Below the pieces are notes generated by a model. It saw only the letters and a list, made by a program, of their open reading frames with translations, was not told where the DNA came from and did no database searches. A program made the position numbers and the translations under genes. Shown here piece by piece: positions 53,547 to 64,000 of a DNA stretch of 64,000 nt (positions are counted from its first letter, which is position 1; each line of letters opens with the position of its first letter). The stretch comes from Octopus bimaculoides (lineage: Eukaryota), in the NCBI RefSeq assembly GCF_001194135.2, contig NC_068983.1, forward strand, positions 141,791,686 through 141,855,685. The letters run 5' to 3'.

Positions 53547-54067
53547 ATACGAAATGTTTTAACCATCACACACATATATCGTATATTACATACATGGGTT
53601 TATACGCATATACACGCTATAAGCTACGTACTCAAACGCGCACGTACCATTGAGGTGGTGGGAGTTCAATTTCTAGCTGATATATACATTCGTGGACACA
53701 CATACATACATACATACATACATACATANNNNNNNNNNNNNNNNNNNNNNNNNNNNNNNNNNNNNNNNNNNNNNNNNNNNNNNNNNNNNNNNNNNNNNNN
53801 NNNNNNNNNNNNNNNNNNNNNNNNNNNNNNNNNNNNNNNNNNNNNNNNNNNNNNNNNNNNNNNNNNNNNNNNNNNNNNNNNNNNNNNNNNNNNNNNNNNN
53901 NNNNNNNNNNNNNNNNNNNNNNNNNNNNNNNNNNNNNNNNNNNNNNNNNNNNNNNNNNNNNNNNNNNNNNNNNNNNNNNNNNNNNNNNNNNNNNNNNNNN
54001 NNNNNNNNNNNNNNNNNNNNNNNNNNNNNNNNNNNNNNNNNNNATATATATACACACACAAACACAT

Positions 54068-54108
<41 letters not shown>

Positions 54109-55259
54109 ATACATGCGTGTACTCGCAAACGCACTTCCAAATACACACATGAACACTGATACATGCAGACATACACACATCAGATATAAGAGCTCGCGTA
54201 CGTACGCACACAGACACACACACACACTCGCTGTTACACAACTGAGATTTTGAAACAAATCTGGGTGGATATCATTCACCGATGTATATATTTTATTTTA
54301 GATACATTTTTGATAAATTCCACCTAAAATGCGGATGAGATTCCAACCATTCTACAACGTGTCACCAAAATATTCATTTATTTTCAGTTAACAAATTGTT
54401 ATAGCCCCCAATCAACCCTGGTTGACCAGACCCAGGATCAATGAGTTCAGGCAGTGACTATCCAGTCTCCACACCCAATGCTAGTGTACCTCAAACTACA
54501 ATATTTAAAGTTAATGAGATCTTTTTTTTTTTCTTCTTGGAGTTTTGATTAAAATGATATGTAGCTGCTATTTCTTTAGATCGAGCGATTGTGTAATCCA
54601 GGTAAATTCTTAATTCGCCAGGCATGAATGATATAAACGCTCCAGTCGTAACCATCCTGTCTTTTTTTTCAGACATTGTGCATGTAGAATAACATTACCT
54701 AATACAGGCATACCTCAACTTACGTCGGTCCACTTCTTAGACAGTTGCGTATGATTTGAATGAGATTGGCTGACGTTTCTAGCAAGTTGAGGGATTCTCT
54801 GAAATTCTCAGTCAGTATTATTGCAGTTTTTTTTTCTTCAATTACTAATAATAAGGTAAAAAAAACAAAGTCCGCCCGCTCGCGCGCACACACACACATA
54901 GCACTCATGCACGCATACACACATACATACATACATACATACATACATACATACATACATACATGCATGCATGCATGCATGCATGCATGCATATACGGAC
55001 TCTCGAGAAACATAGATAGTTGTCACTCGCAAATGACTATGATTGGACAACATATGCCAAGCCTTCACTTATTGTTTCAAACGCCTATGTAGTCGCGAGC
55101 CGGTGTTGAAACCGTGTCAGTCCTCTCGTTCTTGAACCAGCAGAACATCCAAGATGTGATAGCTGGAGGGAGTGATTAGTAATGAAATAAAGTGCCTTGT
55201 TCAAGTAATTGGACCCACAGACTTCTGATTGTAGGCCTAATGCATACAAATACATACAT

Positions 55260-55311
<52 letters not shown>

Positions 55312-56102
55312 CAGACGGACGGACGGACGGACGGGCGGGTGGGTGGATGGATGGATACGAGATCAGTGACTGTCACTTCTATATCTATATACTGTGAGTA
55401 GGGTCGAGTAAGCTACTGTCTCTAGCCGGCGGTTGTCCAGCACCGAGGACGGGAAATTACTCAGAAACCATTGGTCTGTTGGTACTGTTACTGGCTAGGA
55501 GGCAGTAGTACGTTCCTTGCTCACAGTACAGTATATTTCAGACACAGATCGTGTGTCGATAACCAGTTCGAGAAAGATGCTTTCCTGGGGTTAAAAGATA
55601 GTAACATGGCCCTATGCAGGACTGCCACCTTGCGTTGGCAAATAGATCATATNNNNNNNNNNNNNNNNNNNNNNNNNNNNNNNNNNNNNNNNNNNNNNNN
55701 NNNNNNNNNNNNNNNNNNNNNNNNNNNNNNNNNNNNNNNNNNNNNTATATATATATATATATGCATTCACGCACATCATGAGCACATTATAACTCCCGCA
55801 TTCATTTTGACAATATCTGTTCCAGTCGTTCAATCGACAGAATTATCTACTGGCAGAGTATTCCACTGACACTTATACAGTTTAATATACCTCGAGTAAA
55901 TTCAGTGTGACAGTCTGACCTTTTGTATTGAAGGTACAGTTAATCTTGTGATGGAGTATGTGTGGTTGAACATTTCATATACACTTGAACCCTTAAGCAC
56001 AGGTACAATCCATTCAGTTTCGGTTGAAAGCAAGGCTATAATATGAGACACCTGCTACTTTAAAGTGTATTTAATTGTCCCCAGAATTTGCCTTCAATGA
56101 AG

Positions 56103-56165
<63 letters not shown>

Positions 56166-56422
56166 NNNNNNNNNNNNNNNNNNNNNNNNNNNNNNNNNNN
56201 NNNNNNNNNNNNNNNNNNNNNNNNNNNNNNNNNNNNNNNNNNNNNNNNNNNNNNNNNNNNNNNNNNNNNNNNNNNNNNNNNNNNNNNNNNNNNNNNNNNN
56301 NNNNNNNNNNNNNNNNNNNNNNNNNNNNNNNNNNNNNNNNNNNNNNNNNNNNNNNNNNNNNNNNNNNNNNNNNNNNNNNTGTGTGTGTGTGCGTGTATGC
56401 GTGCGTGCGTGTGTGTGTGTGT

Positions 56423-56454
<32 letters not shown>

Positions 56455-57649
56455 CTAAAAGAGGAAGTAGTTCCCAATAAAAACATTGAGTGCAGTAGTT
56501 TTGGCCGGCATGCCTTAGAAACTACAGATTAGCAGGTCACTGGGGTGGCCTTTACATACCACACACACACACACATTAAAAGTTAAGATTTAGATGTAAA
56601 TATACATTTCAAAAGCACTAATGTAGTACAGAATAAGAAAAGCGCCCATAAAACCGATTACTTCGTAGATCGTCTGCTGCCTGTTTCTTTGAAATAGGAC
56701 TGTATAAAAGTTTTGCTGGTAAACTAACAATTTCACCTTATCACATATTGTCGCATAGTGATTGAGATCAATTAATCCCAGCGTAGAAATTATTCTATTA
56801 CTGTCTTGCATAAATAAGTTTCACATTTGGATCTTTCTGATTTGGCGGACACCATTTGTTTTCTAACGAAACACTTTCAAACTTGGGATACTGGTAGAAT
56901 GTGTCATATAAAACATCTTTTTCTGTAAGCCTTGTTAAGAAAAGTTTGTATATTCGAAGTTATTTCATGTTAAAAGTTGTCGTATTTCGTTCATTTCAAC
57001 CAATTACTGACGTCTATTGAGGTGAAAACAATTACTGCTGTGGCTTGTCAACATCACGTTGTGGCGGTGTAATGGGATCTTTTCCCTTGAATAAAATTAC
57101 TGTCGTCGTTTGTCAACAACAACTATCGGCGGTACTGTTATTTATGACATCGTTCGTGCGTTTGTACTGGTTTTAGGTTTAGGGTTCGGGTTATGAGTAT
57201 TTTTGCTAAATTTGGTGAAAAATTTGTGGCGGTGTATTGAACAGATTTTCACCAAATTTGGCAAACCCTCATGATGTTATAGACCACACATACGCAAACT
57301 TAACCTATGGCATAACTTCGACATTTGATGGTTTGTAGATGTCGAAGGGATATAACGTGAGATCAAAAGATTGTTTGGATCGATGTGAAGTCTTTGTCGC
57401 CTTGTTTTAGTTTTAAAAAGTGACGTTCTACATCACTGTTGATATGGAACTACTTGGTGTGGGTTAGCAATTTTTTGTTTTTAACATTAGTGACCCAGAT
57501 CTCATTTAGCCATCCAGTCGATTACCTCAAATGTTAACATGAGCACGGGTACAACAAAAAATTGTGGGTTACTGGTTTATTGTATGTGAAGTGTTCTGAA
57601 GACCATATTTTCTTAATTTTGGCGTTATATTCCCAAGTTTCATTTCCTT

Positions 57650-58720
57650 GTTACAGGTTCCATCATACGAAATATTTCCATCCTTAAGTACTTGTATCAT
57701 TTCCCAATCCGATGTCAGAGCAACTGATAGTAATGTTATTAAATGGGTTTGTAGTTTTCACTGGTTTTACACTATCTGAGAATATCTGCCCTTGCCAAAC
57801 TATTTTCAGATCATCCACAAAGAAGCAATGTGTTAGTTTAGTGTTTCTGTCTTCTTGTGGTCCAAGCGCATTTCTTTTAGCTTTCATTAACAAGAAGACA
57901 GTGGGAGTTACTGAAGGCATAAACAACATTACCGAGAGAGTGTTCCCCTGAAACTTACTTCTGCGTCCTTTATCCTCTCAGTAATAGTTGAATCACTTCC
58001 AGTATTTAACTCCAAAATGGTTTGTCTATAGATAATCAGATTGTCTATAACCTTGATAATGGTTTCTGGAAGTTTAGAAATGAAAGGTACTTTAGCATCT
58101 ACGTGTGGATAACATAATCGAATATTTTCTTCTAAACCGACCAGACTGTGACCAAGTTACTCCTATGCTACTGCACCTCTCACATCATAGTTTTACTTAT
58201 CAAGAGTTATTTGGCACATCCCCAAACTCCTTCTTTCCAGTTGCTTGTTCAGTTTGGATGATATTATGGCTAGTGTAGTAATCTTGGAAAAATAAGTCCA
58301 GACAGGCTGTATATATTTTACACATGAAATCTTGAAACATAATTGGCCAAAAGTTTTTTGCCAAATGCAAAACATTGGTTTTGGGTATCAGTTTTGATTC
58401 TGCGAGCGCCAACCAGCTTTGTATGTTTATGTTGCTTCTGAAAGTTTATTGGTAAAGGTTAATAAAGTAAAGCTCGATAATTTATAATTTTTTTTTTCTT
58501 TGTACTAGTATCTGACAATCAAGTCCCTTTCTGATGCTTTCCTATCCTGAAGATTTTGAATGAGAAACTCAATGGTTTGGATTAACAGAGACAATATCTA
58601 TTATTCTTTGTCTGATCCCAGATTCTTCACCAGAATTACTCTATATCTTCCTGAGGTGGACCCTCTGGGACATTGATTGTCACCCCCAGATCTGTGTGCC
58701 TATACGTGTCAATGCATGAA
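57650..58720 (-). pseudogene. R4-clade LINE RT remnant
   Basis: Minus strand FQGNTLSVMLF..TP..FLL and KLTHCFFVDDLK (RT motifs typical of R4/Dong). Confidence 0.75.
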
Positions 58721-58887
58721 AAAATATAGTTATTGTATTGTTGAGATCTTACTATTCAGCTTCGAGTATACAACTGGCCGTGTAATTGAAAGATTATATT
58801 AAAGAAACGTGAAATTTGTAGCATAAAAAGAAACTATAAATGGTCAGTCTTTGGATATATACAGCTCAACTGAAGAAATAATTCAAT

Positions 58888-58944
<57 letters not shown>

Positions 58945-59495
58945 NNNNNNNNNNNNNNNNNNNNNNNNNNNNNNNNNNNNNNNNNNNNNNNNNNNNNNNN
59001 NNNNNNNNNNNNNNNNNNNNNNNNNNNNNNNNNNNNNNNNNNNNNNNNNNNNNNNNNNNNNNNNNNNNNNNNNNNNNNNNNNNNNNNNNNNTCCTACATA
59101 CATACGCAACACCACATATATATATACACATATATATGTATATAAGTATATATTTATATATATGCATGTATGTATATATGTATACACTGAAACATAGATC
59201 GTCTGGCATTGCGTGACGTACAAGGAAGTTAGCTTCCCCCAGCATGGCCGATCTGTCGCAGTACTTCTAATATCTGTCTAACTTCTCTTTGTATTTTTGA
59301 TCTCTTCCTGGAGTGCAAGTGTTGTGGGTATATGCACAAGCATGTATGTATTAATGGCAAATGCAAATATATGTTATAGCAATGTTTAAAGATTCATTTC
59401 GTATTTAAGTAACCACTAGATACACTTCTCTGAACACTCACACGCATACATGAATCCATACACGCAACTGTCAGACAAGCACATCCCCACTCACG

Positions 59496-59534
<39 letters not shown>

Positions 59535-59985
59535 GTACCCGCGAGTGCCAAAGCATATAACTCTCGACCCTTCAGTCACTCTGTTGCTTTTACTAAATAT
59601 TAATAAAAATATATAGTTATTGGGAAGATCGGTTCTGTTTTCCTTCTCCATTATTTCTGGCCTTTCAACTCTTGTTTATATTACAGCTATGTAACTGATC
59701 TCCCTAAATTTCGACATTTATTTGTTTAAACCAATACCATCTTCCAGTCAATGAGTTGACCACCTTCTTTTTTTTAGATTCATCCTATGCTGTGTTTATT
59801 TAATTACTTATAGGTTATTATTACTTCGACAGCGATTATTGCTAACTCTATATATTAATTATTTTCTTTTCCTTTTCCTTCAGCTTCTTCTTTTCCCTCC
59901 TGCTCCCCTGAAATTTCGAAGAGGCCTTCGCTATTCTCTGCGATTTTCCTTGAGTTATTTCCCCCGAATTATAATTAGCAGAATT

Positions 59986-60067
59986 GGATCTATTTTAAAA
60001 CGGGGGCGCCAGTAAACACTACATAAAACATAAATGAAAACTGGCGCCCCCGTTTTAAAATAGATCC
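59986..60067. mobile_element. 82-bp MITE with perfect 28-bp TIRs
   Basis: GGATCTATTTTAAAACGGGGGCGCCAGT (59986-60013) and its exact reverse complement (60040-67). Flanked by GCAGAATT / GCAGAATC. Confidence 0.8.
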
Positions 60068-60899
60068 GCAGAATCTCCCTTAATATTCTATTAGTTAATA
60101 TTCTATTAGTTCTAAAATGATAATCGGGCACTTTAATCAAAAGGAGTCGAGTAAATAAATAAGTAGCTGGAATTTATTAACTATGTTGCTCCTTTAATGT
60201 ACTGAACAGAATAACGCAGTAAATGTTATGTTTGTTTTTTTTTTAACGACGGCAACTGTCATCAAATATGTTTTGATAGGGTCACATGTTATGCTTAATG
60301 CCTTCTCTCTGCTAGTATACAAGCCTGTTTTGCCAGTACCAGCCTTTATGAGCGAAGTCGCTAAGTTTAGTGGCATCTTTAGAACAGAAATGCCTTAACT
60401 AATTTACAACCTCATTCTGCTGACTACCTTCATGACTGACAGATTATAATCCCATCCACTTCGAATGTTGGTAATTTTGATTAGAAATTTTAGCTGTTGA
60501 TGACCTGTTGATTAATCAACATATCACAACTCGCCTGTATATTTGTTAAGCCTTATGTGTTTACAGTTGAGTAACGTATTACATAATCTTATAGATGTTG
60601 TGCATACTGCATATATAGATGTATTATGTTTACATTAAAATAAATACTCTTAATGAAACAAGTGTTGCAATACCAGATAACCCCATTCGTTTGTTTTATT
60701 ATGTTTTAACGCCATTCATCTTTGGATACTTTAAATTACTATTGGAATAACTTATTACAAAACAGCAGTGAACGCATCATTAAGCCAGTCTGTGCTATGA
60801 TAATGGATTACTTAATGTCTGATTTACGTCATTCTGTCTTGCCAATAATTGCGACGTGCTTCACTTTGATATGCCTTGGTCTCTTATAGATCTCCTCTA

Positions 60900-60938
<39 letters not shown>

Positions 60939-61038
60939 CATAAGTTTTTACATTTACATATATATATATATTCTGTCCGGCATTCGTCATGATAGATCGC
61001 TAGCCACTACACATTTTTTCTTTTTTCTTTCTGTGTTC

Positions 61039-61074
61039 CTTTCTGTGGAAGAGCCTAGGCTCGAAACGTTAAAG
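61039..61074 (+). ncRNA. Variant minimal hammerhead-like motif of a second Penelope-like family
   Basis: CTTT-CTGTGGA-A-GAGC CTAG GCTC-GAAACGTT-AAAG. Stems I and II pair and stem III is palindromic, but the core has T in place of A6. Confidence 0.4.
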
Positions 61075-61325
61075 ACGTATTAACTTCCCGAGCGTTAAAC
61101 TAATACATCTGTTTGTTGTCTACACCACCTGTCTTCGTCTTTTGTTTTTTTTTTGTGAATTCTTCCCCTGTATATATATATGTACATACACACATACATA
61201 CATGCATACATACATGTATGTATGTATGTATGTATGTATGTACGTACGTATGTATGTGTGTGTGTGTGTTAAATAAAATGAGACAACAAAACCAAAGCTG
61301 TTTGGAATTTATAAAGAGAAAGGCA

Positions 61326-61373
61326 TTCTTACAGCTGTTTCTGGGATATTAGGGATATCCCTTCATCAGAAAC
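61326..61373 (-). ncRNA. Minimal type I hammerhead motif, same family
   Basis: Minus strand reads GTTT-CTGATGA-A-GGGATAT CCCTA ATATCCC-A-GAAA-C AGCT G-TA-AGAA. Intact core, 7-bp stem II, weak stem I. Confidence 0.65.
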
Positions 61374-61535
61374 GATATGAGTTAACTAGATCAGAGTTGA
61401 CTAGAGGGAATATATATATATATATATATANNNNNNNNNNNNNNNNNNNNNNNNNNNNNNNNNNNNNNNNNNNNNNNNNNNNNNNNNNNNNNNNNNNNNN
61501 NNNNNNNNNNNNNNNNNNNNNNNNNNNNNNNNNNN

Positions 61536-62498
61536 CGGAATTTTCTTTCCTCAGTCGAGTTCCAGATTATCTTTGCAATTTCGGCTGGTTATACTTGAGA
61601 TTGCTCCAATCTGGTCAGCTCCAAGGAAAAACTAAGCTAAGAGCACTAGATTCCTTGGAAAAAAGCAGTGAATGTATACGAAAACAAGGACAGGAAAAAA
61701 AAACGGAGAAATGTACACAAATACAAATAACAGGACATTAACAACGGGTGTCTTTTGACTAAGGATGAATTAAATTAAGCTGGGGTGTGTGGAAGTAGAG
61801 CCTTACGGCAGGGACATAAGACTTGACAGGCACAGGGAGGAATATAGATGTACGGATGGTAGCCGAACCAAGAAAGAAAGGTCAGGTTTAGCCGAACACC
61901 GGTCACGTGTGGAGAGAAGAGAGAGGGGTAGGGGCAGAGGGATAGAAGAATTAAGGAGAGGAGAGAAAAAATGAAAGGGACAGAGTGAAGTGACAGAGGA
62001 GGGAAGGTGAGCATAAAGAGAAAGCCAGGAAATGTGACAGAGGTGGAACGAAAAAAACGAAGAGTGGAATGAACGAAGTAAGTGTGAAGGGGCTGACAGA
62101 AAGAAGGAAAGAATAAAAGAATAGAAAGGATAATAGAGTCGTACAAAATTTAGATATATATATACTTACATATAAGAGACCAAAGTGTACGTATGCCGTT
62201 ATATTTTTAGATATAAAAAAATTACAAAAATGGGACAAGAGCGCAAAATATCCAGACAGGTAATGCAAAAAAGGGACAACAAAACATCCAGACAGACGTT
62301 ACAAAGTAAACAAGGACGGGTCATTCGGAGTTTTCTTTCCTCAGTCGAGTTCCAGATTATCTTTGCAATTTCGGTTGGTTGTACTCGAGATTGCTCCAAT
62401 CTGGCCAGCCCCAAGGAAAAACTAAGCTAAGAGCACTAGATTCCTTGGAAGTAAGCAGCGAATGTATACGAAAACAAGGACGGAAAAAAAACCGAGAA
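61536..62498. repeat. ~175-bp direct repeats (61536-61710 and 62326-62498) flanking a purine-rich spacer
   Basis: Two copies of ...TCCTCAGTCGAGTTCCAGATTATCTTTGCAATTTCGG...GAAAACAAGGAC, 790 bp apart, with scattered differences. The first copy starts at a gap edge. Confidence 0.85.
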
Positions 62499-63156
62499 GA
62501 TAGGAAATACCTCATGGGAGCGCTCTTCTCCATACTAAATACAAATATTGCTGGGTTTCACATAGGTAATATAGGGAGTTGAAAAACTTCCTATAATATT
62601 ATATATGCATTTGGCAAACGACGATCTCTCTAGGTATGTTTAAATTCTAAGAACAACAAACATGGAAGATAATTCGGTAAGATCTATCCACTGGGATTTT
62701 TGGAAAATATAAACAATGCAAATAGGGGTGGATCTGGGCTTTCTAATCATCTGATAAAAGCAACGGATATGTTCAGTTCTCAGGTCTCATCCGCTATATA
62801 CATTCTACTCAGCTGGCAATACTAAGAGTGCTCAGTATATATATAAATATGTATGTGTATATCTCTCTACGTCTCTCTCTTTTCTCTCTCTCTCTCTCTC
62901 TCATTTTCTCTCTCTCTCTTCCTCTCTGTATATGTTTGTGAGTGTATATAAGATACATATATTGTACATGTATGCTTGTATGTATGTATGTATGTATGTA
63001 TGTATTTATGCATGCATGCCTGCATATATAGGTAATGTATTGATGTTGGTTATAAATATCAATAATTGAAATGAAATACTTAAGGGAAGTATTTTGCATA
63101 CTAAATACAAATGTTACATACTCTTATTTGAAACTAGTGTGTGGGTGTGTGTGGGG

Positions 63157-63480
63157 GGGGTGGGGGTGACCAAAGCTTTGTGAGCGGATTTAGTAAACGG
63201 AGACTGCAAGAAGCCCATGGTGTGTGCGTGTGTGTGTGTGTGTGCGTGCGTGTGTGTGTATGTGTGTGTGTCTTTGTGTTTGTGTTTGTTCTCTATTACT
63301 GCTTGAGAACCTTGTTGGTTTGTTTACGTCCGTGTAATCTAGCGGTTCGAAACAAGAGACCGCTAGACCAAGTACAAGGCTTTAAAAAAGTAAGTACTGA
63401 GATCGATTCTTTCAACTAAAGACCTTTCAAGGAAGTGCTCCAACATGGTCGCGGTCCAGTGACTGAAACGAGTAAAAAAT
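63157..63480 (+). mobile_element. Diverged SINE family C, 5'-truncated
   Basis: GACCAAAGCTTTGTGAGCGGATTTAG...GACTGAAACGAGTAAAA. Confidence 0.8.
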
Positions 63481-63963
63481 GATAATAGATGGATAGATAG
63501 ATACATACATAGATGCATACGCTCACGCAAACATTCACATACAAGCATACATACACATATATACGTGTATACATACACACATACACTTCCAAACAAACAA
63601 AGAGACATACATTCGCACAATTCGTAAAAGTCATGGGGTGTGTTATAGAAAGACTCAGACAAACCTAATTTATCGTCTAGTCAAGAGTTGTCCCTTTTTT
63701 TCACCCTGATCTTATTTCCGTTTTTTACCTTTTCCGTTCCTTCCTACTTCACTTTGCCCACCTGTTTCTTTGTCGGTCTTTCTGTGCTTGTTTAAGTATA
63801 TTTTCCGACTTCATTTAATTCGTCTACTTTTCATACAACTTTCCTACTTGATGAGATTATCTATCTCTGTCTCTTTGTGTGTGTGTGTGTCTATGTGTAT
63901 CAATGTATGTATATTCACATATACACATATATGAATGAGCGTGTATGTATATATATATATATG

Positions 63964-64000
<37 letters not shown>

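Noticed and set aside
57657-57770. Acceptor-like ttgttacag followed by an open frame VPSYEIF...
   Set aside because: It is the antisense of the R4 RT remnant and has no ZM or LIM motif.
61730-61920. Possible GIY-YIG coding remnant between the direct repeats
   Set aside because: No convincing motif in any minus strand frame.

Overview
Repeat- and microsatellite-rich, AT-rich animal DNA with 14 N gaps. The SINE families and LINE remnants resemble those of Octopus (coleoid cephalopod; inference). Most of the window is intronic sequence of one + strand gene, a PDZ-domain protein of the Zasp/ALP-Enigma (PDZ-LIM) type. Two frame-compatible exons are visible: a 149-nt PDZ exon (16947-17095), which the ORF track misses, and a 1219-nt Ser/Pro-rich exon ending in polyproline (26769-27987). 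I found neither the first PDZ exon nor any LIM exon. The rest is a layered record of transposable elements: three tRNA-derived SINE families (several with intact 11-13 bp TSDs), RTE, CR1, L1/Tx1, R4-clade and Penelope remnants, a mariner end, a hAT MITE, an 82-bp MITE and a Helentron-type HINE carrying a Gypsy integrase fragment. The most unusual signals are: minimal Penelope-type hammerhead ribozyme motifs, including a pair inside a 520-bp palindrome; a ~175-bp direct repeat with four interleaved helices; a 276-nt intronic hairpin; and an orphan exon-like frame at 10491-10758. Nearly all entries in the supplied ORF track are microsatellite or N-gap artefacts.
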